Source of the DNA: Thermodesulfovibrionales bacterium
Lineage (GTDB): Bacteria; Nitrospirota; Thermodesulfovibrionia; Thermodesulfovibrionales; UBA1546
DNA: 64,000 nucleotides
Direction of reading: 5' to 3'
NCBI GenBank assembly: GCA_049302185.1
Contig: JBAQLV010000013.1
Span: forward strand, 166,084 to 230,083
Shown piece after piece: positions 17,068 through 26,139 of this stretch. Positions within the stretch are counted from its first letter, which is position 1; the number at the start of each line of letters is the position of its first letter. The notes under the pieces are model-generated. The model ran no database searches, was not told the origin of the DNA, and saw nothing but the letters and a program-made list of their open reading frames with translations. The translations under genes were made by a program, and so were the position numbers.

Positions 17068-18642
17068 ATGAACTTGAGGATGCTTATAAAAGATATGGAG
17101 ATAAATGAAATAATAGGCAGCGCTGATGTTGATGTAACTGGAATTGCCTATGACTCAAGGAAGGTCAAGGCAGGCGATGTCTTTGTTGCCGCAAAGGGAG
17201 AAAAGCATAACGGCCATGATTTTATCAGTGATGCGGTCAAGAAAGGCGCACTTGCAGTGGTTCATGAAAAAGCAGTAAACAGTCACTACCCCCCACTGCC
17301 CCCCCTTAGTAAGGGGGGGATTGAAGGGGGGGTAGTTTTTATCTCTGTCAGTGACAGCAGGGAGGCTCTTGCGTATCTTTCCAATAATTTTTACGAGAAG
17401 CCGTCCGATAAGTTGACTGTCATTGGAGTAACCGGAACTAATGGAAAAACAACGGCAACGTATCTTATAAAGTCAATTCTTGAGGCATGGGGAAAAGATG
17501 TCGGGCTGATAGGCACTATAAATTATCTTGTGAAGGACAGGCATTATGACGCCCCTCATACCACGCCTGAGGCGCTTGAGTTTCAGGCTGTATTGAACGA
17601 GATGGTTTCAGCGGGATGCAGCCATGTAGTGACAGAGGTATCATCCCATGCGCTTGCGCAGAAGCGGGTGGACTATACGGGTTTCAGTGTTGCAGTTTTC
17701 ACAAATCTTACAAGAGACCATCTGGATTTTCATATAACGATGGAGGAATATTTCAGGGCAAAGGAAAGACTGTTTAAAGAACTTCTTTTGAAAGACGGGA
17801 CGTCTGTAATAAATTTTGACGACCCTTATGGAAGGAGATTGATCTCCGAACTCAAGACATCGCAGCAAGGCGCGGCAAATCTACGGGATTCAAAAGCTGA
17901 AAATGTGATTACATACGGCATTGAAGCAGGAGCGGATATTGTTGCAGTAAATATTAAAAACTCATTTGACGGACTCTTGTTTGATATTAATTTCAATGGC
18001 AGGACATACAATATTCAGTCGCCGCTTATAGGTACGCACAATGTCTACAACATACTCTCTGCCGTAGGCGCTGCCGTGAGCCTGAATGTGCCGTGGGATA
18101 TGATAATAAGCGGAATAAAGAATATGGGTTCTGTAAAGGGAAGATTTCAAAAGGTTGACCTCGGACAGAATTTTCTCTGCATAGTTGACTATGCGCATAC
18201 AGAGGATGCGCTTGAAAGGCTGATATGCGCCGCCAGAGAGCTTATCAGCCAGCCACCGAAGTCACGCATTATGCATCACACCCCGCGTATTATTACTGTC
18301 TTTGGCTGCGGCGGCGACAGGGACAGGGGAAAGAGGCCGAGAATGGCCGCAATAGCAACAAAACTGAGCGATTACGTTGTGATAACCTCTGATAATCCCC
18401 GCAGCGAAGAACCGATGGAGATAATAAAAGCGATAGAGAAAGGCGCATTGAGGATGAATTATACAATTGAACCCGACAGGGAGAAGGCTATTCAGAAGGC
18501 GGTGGAGACCGCAGAAGAAGGCGATATACTGCTGATTGCAGGAAAGGGGCACGAGGATTATCAGGAGATAAAAGGCGCAAGGCATAAATTCAGAGATAGA
18601 GAGATAGCGGAGAAGGCGATAAGGAGATTATGGCGATTTTAA
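17068..18642 (+). CDS. murE: UDP-N-acetylmuramoyl-L-alanyl-D-glutamate--2,6-diaminopimelate ligase MurE
   Basis: Mur ligase P-loop [10 protein letters not shown] and the DNPR motif (TSDNPRSEEP) that marks meso-DAP-adding enzymes. Contains an in-frame palindromic insert YPPLPPLSKGGIEGG. Confidence 0.9.
   Translation: MNLRMLIKDMEINEIIGSADVDVTGIAYDSRKVKAGDVFVAAKGEKHNGHDFISDAVKKGALAVVHEKAVNSHYPPLPPLSKGGIEGGVVFISVSDSREALAYLSNNFYEKPSDKLTVIGVTGTNGKTTATYLIKSILEAWGKDVGLIGTINYLVKDRHYDAPHTTPEALEFQAVLNEMVSAGCSHVVTEVSSHALAQKRVDYTGFSVAVFTNLTRDHLDFHITMEEYFRAKERLFKELLLKDGTSVINFDDPYGRRLISELKTSQQGAANLRDSKAENVITYGIEAGADIVAVNIKNSFDGLLFDINFNGRTYNIQSPLIGTHNVYNILSAVGAAVSLNVPWDMIISGIKNMGSVKGRFQKVDLGQNFLCIVDYAHTEDALERLICAARELISQPPKSRIMHHTPRIITVFGCGGDRDRGKRPRMAAIATKLSDYVVITSDNPRSEEPMEIIKAIEKGALRMNYTIEPDREKAIQKAVETAEEGDILLIAGKGHEDYQEIKGARHKFRDREIAEKAIRRLWRF
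17287..17335. repeat. Nested palindromic element copy 2 (CTACCCCCC-actg-CCCCCCC-TTAGTAA-GGGGGGG-attgaa-GGGGGGGTAG), in-frame inside murE
   Basis: Encodes YPPLPPLSKGGIEGGV. Same architecture as the copies at 7581, 26075 and 45924. Confidence 0.8.
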
Positions 18643-20033
18643 CAGTAGAAGATGTTATCAATGCAACAGGCGGGCGTATTGTCTATAAAAACGGCAACTC
18701 CCATCCATTTACGGGCGTATCCATAGATTCACGGACAATAGGAGACGGAGAGATATTTGTTGCATTGCGCGGCGTAAGATTTGACGGGCATGATTTTATT
18801 TATAAGGCGCTTGAAAGAGGAAGCGGAGCGCTGGTGAATTTCCCTCCGGCAGAGCACCTGAAAGGCAAGGCAATAATATATGTGAAAAACACTCTCAGCG
18901 CACTACAGGATATCGCGCGTTATGTTCGCATGAGAAGCAATATTCCCGTCATAGGCATAACAGGGACAAACGGCAAGACAACGACAAAAGAATTGATAGC
19001 ATCAATCCTGAGCATAAAATACAGGGTTCATAAGAATACAGGCAATCTCAATAATCAGATTGGCCTTCCTTTGAGCCTTATAAAACTTCGTCCTGATGAT
19101 GAGGTCATTGTTCTTGAGATGGGAGCAAGCTCTCCAGGAGATATAAGGGAATTGTGCAGGATTGCAGCGCCTGATTACGGCGTTGTGACAAACATAGGGC
19201 CGGGACATCTTGAAGGTTTCGGGAGTCTTGAAACAGTCAGAGATACAAAACTTGAACTCCTTGATACTGTGAAAAAAGTTGTAGTAAGCGCAGATGATGC
19301 CTTCCTCATGCAGGGGGTTTCAGGATATCAGGGCGAAGTTATTACATTCGGCATAGAGAATAATGCTGATGTTTTTGCAAAAGATATCAGAATGAAGGAT
19401 AGAGGCTCTGATTTTCTGCTCTGCTTTGGTGAAGAGAACTGCGTAGAGATAAACTTGAATCTCCCCGGAGCTTTTAATATCTATAATGCGCTTGCCGCTT
19501 CGGCTGTAGGACAGGTCTTCAATATTGATCTTCGTGATATTAAAACCGGGATCGAATCTTTTAAAGGCGTTCCTATGAGGCTTGAGATTAAGGAATTGTT
19601 CGGGGCAACGGTTATAAGCGATGTATATAATGCAAATCCTTCATCAATGGAAGAGGCAATAAAAGAACTTGTAAGGCTGAAGAAAGGAAGGGCTATTGCT
19701 GTTCTCGGGGATATGCTTGAACTTGGAGCGTATGCAGAGGAGGCGCACAGGAAAGTTGGAGAGTGGATGTCAGCGCTTCCGATAGACGTATTTATAGGCG
19801 TCGGGCCTTTGATGGCTATAACACATTCAGAGTTTGTCAAAACAGGAAGGCAGTCATTCAGCGTCTCTACTTCGGAAGAAGCAGGAAGGATACTGACAGG
19901 GCTGTGCAGGGAAGGAGACACAATCATTGTGAAGGGTTCAAGGGGAATGGGGATGGAAAAAGTTTTAGAAATAAACCCCGTTAGAGATGTATTTCTAAAA
20001 GGGGCAAATAAAGAGGCAGAGAATGCTTTATAG
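18630..20033 (+). CDS. murF: UDP-N-acetylmuramoyl-tripeptide--D-alanyl-D-alanine ligase MurF
   Basis: Mur ligase P-loop [11 protein letters not shown]; length and position in the cluster. Confidence 0.9.
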   Translation: MAILTVEDVINATGGRIVYKNGNSHPFTGVSIDSRTIGDGEIFVALRGVRFDGHDFIYKALERGSGALVNFPPAEHLKGKAIIYVKNTLSALQDIARYVRMRSNIPVIGITGTNGKTTTKELIASILSIKYRVHKNTGNLNNQIGLPLSLIKLRPDDEVIVLEMGASSPGDIRELCRIAAPDYGVVTNIGPGHLEGFGSLETVRDTKLELLDTVKKVVVSADDAFLMQGVSGYQGEVITFGIENNADVFAKDIRMKDRGSDFLLCFGEENCVEINLNLPGAFNIYNALAASAVGQVFNIDLRDIKTGIESFKGVPMRLEIKELFGATVISDVYNANPSSMEEAIKELVRLKKGRAIAVLGDMLELGAYAEEAHRKVGEWMSALPIDVFIGVGPLMAITHSEFVKTGRQSFSVSTSEEAGRILTGLCREGDTIIVKGSRGMGMEKVLEINPVRDVFLKGANKEAENAL

Positions 20034-21105
20034 TCTTCTTTATAGCTTGCATGATTGGTTTTCTCCATTTAATGTCTTCAGATATATAACGTTCAGGACC
20101 GCGCTTGCAGTGCTTACGGCAATGCTTATTACATTCATCCTCGGTCCGAGGGTTATAAAAAGACTCAGGAGGTTCAGCGTAACGCAACAGATAAGAGATG
20201 ACGGGCCCCGGACGCATATGGGCAAGACAGGAACACCCACGATGGGCGGAGCCCTCATAATAATCTCTATTCTTGCCACCGTTCTCTTGTGGGGCGACCT
20301 TACCAATAAATATATACTGATGATGATTTTTTCTCTCATAGGTTTTGGAGCGATAGGATTTATTGATGATTATCTGAAGGTTGTAAAGAGAGACTCAAAA
20401 GGACTGCGCGGCTGTTATAAATTCGGGGCGCAGGTTCTTCTTGCCTTGGCGATAAGCATGTTTCTTTACATGAACCCTAAAGACCCTTACAACGATGTCT
20501 TGAGCATTCCATTCTTTAAAAAATGGCTTTTTGATCTCGGATGGTTTTATGTGCCATTCTCTATAGTTGTTATCGTAGGGTCATCCAATGCAGTCAATCT
20601 AACGGACGGCATAGACGGCCTCGCTGTAGGGCTTGTTGGGATTGCAGTGCTTGCCACAGGAATACTTGTTTATATATCCGGCAATTTCAAGTTTTCACAA
20701 TATCTGCAGGTTCTTTATATCCCCGGCACAGGAGAGCTGACTGTATTTTGCGGCGCTATTCTTGGGGCATCTCTCGGTTTCCTCTGGTATAACTCATATC
20801 CGGCGGATGTGTTTATGGGAGATGTCGGCTCTCTGTCTCTCGGCGGCGTGCTCGGAACGCTTGCTGTAATAACAAAACAGGAGATAGTGCTTGCGGTCGT
20901 GGGAGGAATTTTTGTTATAGAGACGCTCTCGGTCGTGTTTCAGGTCGCATCGTTCAAGTTAACAGGGAAAAGGATATTCAGGATGGCGCCAATACACCAT
21001 CACTTTGAACTCAAGGGATGGCCTGAACCTAAAGTTATAGTCAGATTCTGGATAGTCGGAATAATGCTGGCTCTTCTGAGCCTTGCAACATTAAAGCTGA
21101 GGTGA
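20023..21105 (+). CDS. mraY: Phospho-N-acetylmuramoyl-pentapeptide transferase MraY
   Basis: 360 aa polytopic membrane protein with MraY signatures ([28 protein letters not shown]). Confidence 0.95.
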   Translation: MLYSLLYSLHDWFSPFNVFRYITFRTALAVLTAMLITFILGPRVIKRLRRFSVTQQIRDDGPRTHMGKTGTPTMGGALIIISILATVLLWGDLTNKYILMMIFSLIGFGAIGFIDDYLKVVKRDSKGLRGCYKFGAQVLLALAISMFLYMNPKDPYNDVLSIPFFKKWLFDLGWFYVPFSIVVIVGSSNAVNLTDGIDGLAVGLVGIAVLATGILVYISGNFKFSQYLQVLYIPGTGELTVFCGAILGASLGFLWYNSYPADVFMGDVGSLSLGGVLGTLAVITKQEIVLAVVGGIFVIETLSVVFQVASFKLTGKRIFRMAPIHHHFELKGWPEPKVIVRFWIVGIMLALLSLATLKLR

Positions 21106-22265
21106 TTATGAGACAGTCAACAGAGCAACAGAGCAGTAGAGCAACAGAGCAGCAGTCTTTAGTACAGAAATCTTTAGCAACTGCGCTACTGAGCTACTGC
21201 GCTACTGGGCTGCTGCGTTTCTGGGCTACTGCTCTTATCTCACTGTTCGCTGTTCACTGTTCACTGTTCACTGCTTATGCTGATGAGATTTCCTCAAAGG
21301 CAGCGGTTGTTATGAAGGTTTCAACAGGAAGGGTCCTGTTTGCAAAAAATCCAAATCTGAAACTGCCTCCTGCAAGCACAACTAAACTTGTGACAGCCAT
21401 GGTTGTTCTTGACAGGGCTAAGATGAGCGATACAGTGACAATCAGTGAGGCAGCGGCAAATGTCCCCTCGCTTAAGAAGACCAAACTGAGGGCAGGAGAG
21501 ACTTTGACTGTAGAAACTCTGCTTTACGCTGCGCTTATAAGGTCGGCAAATGATGCAGCCTTTGCGCTTGCAGAGGTTGTTGCCGGCTCGGAGAAGAAAT
21601 TCGTGCAGCTTATGAACAGAAAGGCTATAGCAATAGGAGCATCCAACACAAGGTTTATAAATACTACAGGACTTCCCGGCAAAGGTCAGCATACAACAGC
21701 ATATGACCTCTCAAAGATAATGAGGTATGCGCTTAAATATCCTGTGATAAAAGAGATTATAGGCAAGAAAGAGGCAGAGATAGCTACGGAACAGGGCAGG
21801 ACTATAGCCCTTGAAAATACGAATAAACTTCTATGGTCTGATAACGGAGCAGTCGGCGGCAAGACAGGATATACGAAAGCGGCAAGGCATTGTTTTGTGT
21901 ACGCAGGCGAAAGAGAAGGAGAGATGGTGATAGTTGCTATTCTTGGAGCGCGGAGCAGAGAGATTTTATGGAATGAGGCGGAGAAGCTCGAAACAAGAGG
22001 TTTTGCTGTTATTGCAAGCAATGAGCAGCCGGTTGTTTATTTCACAAAGGCGGATTATCAAAAAAGTTCAAAGTTCAAAGTTCAAAGTTCAAAGTTAAAG
22101 ACATATTCAAAAAATAATAAAGCAAAATCAGATAAGGTTGCATCAAAAAAGAAGCTGAATAAGGCAAAGGCCACTAAAAAGTACAATGACAGCCCCGCAA
22201 AGGAGAGCAAAAGAACAAAGGATAAAGGGATCGCTAGAAACGTGGCATATGGAAATAAGGGATAA
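21102..22265 (+). CDS. dacC: Serine-type D-Ala-D-Ala carboxypeptidase (PBP5/6-like, peptidase S11) with a repeat-encoded N-terminus and a Lys-rich C-terminal tail
   Basis: SxxK (ASTTKLV), SxN (RSANDAA), KTG (GKTGYT) active-site triad. The N-terminal 60 aa and part of the C-terminal tail are encoded by heptamer tandem arrays. The true start may be internal. Confidence 0.8.
   Translation: MIMRQSTEQQSSRATEQQSLVQKSLATALLSYCATGLLRFWATALISLFAVHCSLFTAYADEISSKAAVVMKVSTGRVLFAKNPNLKLPPASTTKLVTAMVVLDRAKMSDTVTISEAAANVPSLKKTKLRAGETLTVETLLYAALIRSANDAAFALAEVVAGSEKKFVQLMNRKAIAIGASNTRFINTTGLPGKGQHTTAYDLSKIMRYALKYPVIKEIIGKKEAEIATEQGRTIALENTNKLLWSDNGAVGGKTGYTKAARHCFVYAGEREGEMVIVAILGARSREILWNEAEKLETRGFAVIASNEQPVVYFTKADYQKSSKFKVQSSKLKTYSKNNKAKSDKVASKKKLNKAKATKKYNDSPAKESKRTKDKGIARNVAYGNKG
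21105..21295. repeat. Series of heptamer arrays ((AACAGAG)n, (CTACTG[ACG]G)n, (CACTGTT)n) forming the first ~190 nt of the dacC-like ORF
   Basis: Period-7/8 repeats read directly from the sequence. Confidence 0.7.
22065..22100. repeat. (AAGTTCA)4-5 array near the dacC 3' end
   Basis: Period-7 repeat; encodes [10 protein letters not shown]. Confidence 0.7.
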
Positions 22266-23706
22266 GAAAATACTTGTTTTCGGCCTTGCAGAGAGCGGTG
22301 TTGGCGCTTCAAATCTGCTTGCCGGCCTTGGCGCAAAGGTAACGGTTACTGACAGAAAACCGAAGGAAGCGTTAATGAAATATGTTGAAAGGCTTTTGCC
22401 TGCGGTAAGGCTCAGTCTTGGCGGGCATCCTGACGGGATACTGCAAGGCGTGGATATGATAGTGCTAAGTCCCGGTGTGCCGCCTGACATACAGCCGTTG
22501 AAGAAGGCTATGGAGATTGGGATAAGGATTATCGGCGAACTTGAACTTGCGTATCAGATAATAAGTTCAAAATTCAAAGTTCAAAATTCAAAGCTTCCAA
22601 AATTTCTGGCGATAACAGGAACAAACGGTAAATCAACCACTACAACATTATTAAATGAGATGTTAAATAAAGGAGGCTTCAGGACAATTCTGGGAGGGAA
22701 TATCGGAAATGCCCTGACAGAGGAGATATTTGGATTAGTCAGAAGTCAGAAAACCGATGATGATTTTCTGATAACTCTTAACTCTCAACTCTCAACTCTT
22801 AACTACGTGGTCGCTGAGGTGTCAAGTTTTCAGCTTGAGGCGATAGAGATGTTCAGGCCTGATGGCGCATCCATACTCAATATCACACCTGACCATATGG
22901 ACAGATACCATTCAATGGAAAAATACAAAGACGCAAAGGCGCAGATATTCGCAAACCAGAGAGAAGGAGATTTTCTTGTCCTTAATGCGGATGACCCTGA
23001 GACACTCAAAGTTAGAAGTGAGAAGTTAGAAGTGAAAAGTGAAAAACCAAGAATCTATTATTTCAGCCGCAAAAAAGCGGTAGAAGGGGTCTATTTCAAA
23101 GATGGAGTTATTTATTCTAACTTCAACTCTTCACTCTTAACTCTTAACTCTCAACTTCTGCGTGCTGATGAGATAAACATTAAAGGTGTTCACAACCTGG
23201 AGAATGCCATGGCTGCTTCGGCCATGGCTCTCCTTGCAGGATGTCCGGCAGATGCAGTTATAAGCGCCTTGAAAGATTTTGAGGGGCTTGAACACCGTCT
23301 TGAACTTGTCAGGGAATTTGAAGGCGTTGATTACATCAATGACTCAAAAGGCACGAATGCAGATGCGGTGGTAAAGTCGCTTGAAAGTTTTTCAATGCCA
23401 GTAATCCTGATTGCAGGCGGAAGAGACAAAGACGGAGATTTTTCTCTTCTGAGTTCTCTCATAAAAAGCAGAGTAAAAAAACTCGTTCTCATCGGAGAGG
23501 CAAGGGAAAAAATAAAAAAAGTTCTTGGCGGACTGACAGAGACCATATTTGCAGATAATCTGGAAGAGGCTGTGATGATATCCAGAAAATCAGCATCAAA
23601 AGGCGATGTTGTGCTCCTCTCTCCCGCATGCGCAAGTTTTGATATGTTCAGGGATTACAAAGACAGGGGAGAGCAGTTTAAAAAGATTGTGAAGGGTTTA
23701 TCCTGA
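22249..23706 (+). CDS. murD: UDP-N-acetylmuramoylalanine--D-glutamate ligase MurD (with four in-frame heptamer-array inserts)
   Basis: Rossmann N-terminus [19 protein letters not shown], Mur ligase P-loop ITGTNGKSTTT. The start was moved to the ATG at 22249 ([13 protein letters not shown]). Low-complexity inserts: SSKFKVQNSKL, LNSQLSTLN, VRSEKLEVKSEK, NSSLLTLNSQLL. Confidence 0.9.
   Translation: MEIRDKKILVFGLAESGVGASNLLAGLGAKVTVTDRKPKEALMKYVERLLPAVRLSLGGHPDGILQGVDMIVLSPGVPPDIQPLKKAMEIGIRIIGELELAYQIISSKFKVQNSKLPKFLAITGTNGKSTTTTLLNEMLNKGGFRTILGGNIGNALTEEIFGLVRSQKTDDDFLITLNSQLSTLNYVVAEVSSFQLEAIEMFRPDGASILNITPDHMDRYHSMEKYKDAKAQIFANQREGDFLVLNADDPETLKVRSEKLEVKSEKPRIYYFSRKKAVEGVYFKDGVIYSNFNSSLLTLNSQLLRADEINIKGVHNLENAMAASAMALLAGCPADAVISALKDFEGLEHRLELVREFEGVDYINDSKGTNADAVVKSLESFSMPVILIAGGRDKDGDFSLLSSLIKSRVKKLVLIGEAREKIKKVLGGLTETIFADNLEEAVMISRKSASKGDVVLLSPACASFDMFRDYKDRGEQFKKIVKGLS
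22564..23157. repeat. Four separate heptamer arrays inside murD ((AGTTCAA/AATTCAA)n at 22564-22594; (AACTCTC/AACTCTT)n at 22773-22803; (GAAGTGA/GAAGTTA)n at 23010-23045; (AACTCTT…)n at 23119-23157)
   Basis: Period-7 repeats; each insertion length keeps the frame. Confidence 0.7.
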
Positions 23707-23707
23707 G

Positions 23708-24874
23708 ATGAATAAAACGTATGACAGATGGTTTTTGTTAATCACGTTTTTCCTGCTGGGTCTGGGGGCGCTTATGATATACAGTTCAACAGCAGTGGTA
23801 ACCCCGTCCATGGCAAAAAAAGACGTAACTCAGTTTTTCTATTTCAAAAGGCATTTGTTTACGATGCTGCTTGGGTTTGCGGCAATGTTTGCCGCTTACA
23901 GATTGAGGCCTGAGACTCTGAATAAGACAGCATTGCCTTTACTTATATTTTCCTTTCTGCTTCTTGTTCTTGTCTTTGTGCCGGGAATGGGAATATCGGC
24001 AGGCGGAGCAAAAAGATGGTTAAGGCTCTGGCCGTCAACCTTTCAGCCGTCTGAGTTGGTCAAGCTTTCAATGGTTATATTCCTTGCCAAATATATGTCA
24101 GCGTATAATTACAGGACAGACAGCTTTGTCTCTTTTATAAAGCCTATCGCAGTTATGGCAGTGTTTCAGGCCATATTTCTCAAACAGCCTGACTTTGGCG
24201 CTGCTATAAGCCTCGGTATTATTACACTTGCCATGTTGTTCTTTTCAGGCATAAGGATGAGATATCTGCTGTCCCTAACAGTGTTCGCAATTCCTGTAAT
24301 AGTAAAGCTTGTGCAAGAACCATACAGGTGGAAGCGCGTGACGTCTTTTCTTAATCCGTGGGATGACCCTCAGGGAAGCGGCTTCCAGCTTATACAATCG
24401 TTTATTGCCCTCGGCAGCGGAGGCATTAAAGGGGTCGGACTTGGCGAAAGCAAACAGAAGTTGTTGTTCCTGCCTGAAACCCATACTGATTTTATTTTCT
24501 CGCTTGTCGGCGAGGAACTCGGGCTGATAGGCGCAGGGGTAATTATTTTCCTTTTCGTGATGTTGTTTGTGAGGGGGATAGCCGCTACTAACAAGGCTAA
24601 GGACAGCTTTGTATATTATCTGTCTTTTGGCCTTTCAATAATGATTGCGCTTCAGGCGCTGATAAATTTCTCTGTTGTAACAGGGATGATTCCGACAAAG
24701 GGGCTTCCCCTGCCGTTTATAAGTTACGGGGGCTCAGCTCTGCTTGTGAATATGGCGGCAGTAGGCATTCTGCTTAATCTTTCAAAAGGAGAAGACAGCA
24801 GAAGAGTCGTTGACAGGACAAAAGAACTGGTAATGAGAAAAAAGGCTCTGAGGGCGGTATATGGGAAAAGATAG
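23708..24874 (+). CDS. ftsW: Cell division / peptidoglycan glycosyltransferase FtsW (SEDS family)
   Basis: About 10 TM helices and SEDS family conserved segments (PETHTDFIFS, GMIPTKGLPLPFISYGGS). Confidence 0.9.
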   Translation: MNKTYDRWFLLITFFLLGLGALMIYSSTAVVTPSMAKKDVTQFFYFKRHLFTMLLGFAAMFAAYRLRPETLNKTALPLLIFSFLLLVLVFVPGMGISAGGAKRWLRLWPSTFQPSELVKLSMVIFLAKYMSAYNYRTDSFVSFIKPIAVMAVFQAIFLKQPDFGAAISLGIITLAMLFFSGIRMRYLLSLTVFAIPVIVKLVQEPYRWKRVTSFLNPWDDPQGSGFQLIQSFIALGSGGIKGVGLGESKQKLLFLPETHTDFIFSLVGEELGLIGAGVIIFLFVMLFVRGIAATNKAKDSFVYYLSFGLSIMIALQALINFSVVTGMIPTKGLPLPFISYGGSALLVNMAAVGILLNLSKGEDSRRVVDRTKELVMRKKALRAVYGKR

Positions 24875-24934
24875 TTTAAAGTTCAGAGTTAGGAGTTTAG
24901 AGTTAAAAGGCAGTCACTGTTCATTGGAAGTTGT

Positions 24935-26032
24935 ATGAGGGTGATTATCGCAGGAGGCGGCACCGGAGGGCATATATTCCCGGGCATAGCCATAGCAGAG
25001 GAATTAAAAAGAAGAGAGGATAAGACAGAAGTGATATTCATAGGCACGGAATACGGAATTGAGGCGAGGATTATTCCGCGGGAAGGGTATCCGATAAAAT
25101 TTCTGAGGGCAGAAGGCTTTGTCGGCGTATCTATATTGAGGAAGATTAGAGCTTTATGGAAGATGCTGTTTTCAATAGTTGACTCTTATGGAATTCTTAA
25201 GGCGGTATCTCCTGATATTGTGATAGGAGTGGGGGGTTATGCGTCTGTGGGGCCTGTGCTTGCAGCATCCATGATGTCAATCCCTGCAATGATAGTAGAA
25301 CAGAATTCTGTGCCCGGACTTGCAAATAAACTCCTTGGAAAATTTGTTGGCGCCGTAGGTGTAACGTATCAGGAGAGCATATCGTTTTTTCCGAGGGCAA
25401 AGACATTTTTCACAGGTAATCCTATCAGGATGCGCATTCTGACAGGAAGCAGGGACGCAGCCTATAACATCTTTTCACTTGAGAGGGATAAGTTTACGAT
25501 ATTCGTCTTTGGCGGCAGTTCCGGCGCAAGGAACATAAACCGTGCAGTGGTGGATTCCTTTAATCATATGCTTGACCTCAAGGAGAAGATACAGTTTCTG
25601 CACCAGACAGGCGACAACGGCTACGAGCACGTCAGGGAGTCTTACCGGAAGTGGGGATTCATGGGTACGGTGACGCCGTTTATATATCAGATGGCAGAGG
25701 CGTACGCAGTTGCAGACCTCGTAATATCAAGGGCAGGCGCAACAACCCTGGCTGAACTCACCGCTATCGGCAAGTCTGCAATCTTAATCCCTTATCCCTA
25801 TGCAGCAGGACATCATCAGGAACTTAATGCAGGCAAGCTGCTTGAACTGAAGGCGTCAAAGATGATACTTGACCATGAATTAACAGGAGAAATCCTTGCG
25901 GAAAATATCAGAGAGCTTTATGAGAATAAAGAACTGAGGCATGAGATGGAAAAGCAAAGCAGATCCGTAGGCAGAGCGGATGCTGCTCAGAGAGTAGTTG
26001 ATATTGCGATGAGCCTTATTAGGAAACGGTGA
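24935..26032 (+). CDS. murG: UDP-N-acetylglucosamine--N-acetylmuramyl-(pentapeptide) pyrophosphoryl-undecaprenol N-acetylglucosamine transferase MurG
   Basis: GT28 N-terminus (IIAGGGTGGHIFPGIAIAEEL) and C-terminal domain motifs (GHHQELNA). Confidence 0.9.
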   Translation: MRVIIAGGGTGGHIFPGIAIAEELKRREDKTEVIFIGTEYGIEARIIPREGYPIKFLRAEGFVGVSILRKIRALWKMLFSIVDSYGILKAVSPDIVIGVGGYASVGPVLAASMMSIPAMIVEQNSVPGLANKLLGKFVGAVGVTYQESISFFPRAKTFFTGNPIRMRILTGSRDAAYNIFSLERDKFTIFVFGGSSGARNINRAVVDSFNHMLDLKEKIQFLHQTGDNGYEHVRESYRKWGFMGTVTPFIYQMAEAYAVADLVISRAGATTLAELTAIGKSAILIPYPYAAGHHQELNAGKLLELKASKMILDHELTGEILAENIRELYENKELRHEMEKQSRSVGRADAAQRVVDIAMSLIRKR

Positions 26033-26074
26033 ACAGTGAATGATAAACAAAAGGATGCAGGATACAAGATACAA

Positions 26075-26117
26075 CCCCCCTCTATCCCCCCTTAGTAAGG
26101 GGGGAATTAAAAGGGGG
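26075..26117. repeat. Nested palindromic element copy 3 (CCCCCC-tctat-CCCCCC-TTAGTAA-GGGGGG-aattaaaa-GGGGG), intergenic, upstream of murC
   Basis: Read directly from the sequence; ends 23 nt before the murC ATG. Confidence 0.8.
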
Positions 26118-26139
26118 TATCGTGCATCATGAAGGAGCG

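Noticed and set aside
16790-17071. 93-aa ORF between ftsI and murE
   Set aside because: It reads straight through the dispersed 3'-end hairpin element and a second hairpin. Arg/Leu-rich junk translation.
21105-23160. Possibility that the short tandem arrays are CRISPR arrays
   Set aside because: Units are 7 nt with no spacers, only 3-5 copies, mostly inside genes, and no cas genes are present. Not CRISPR.
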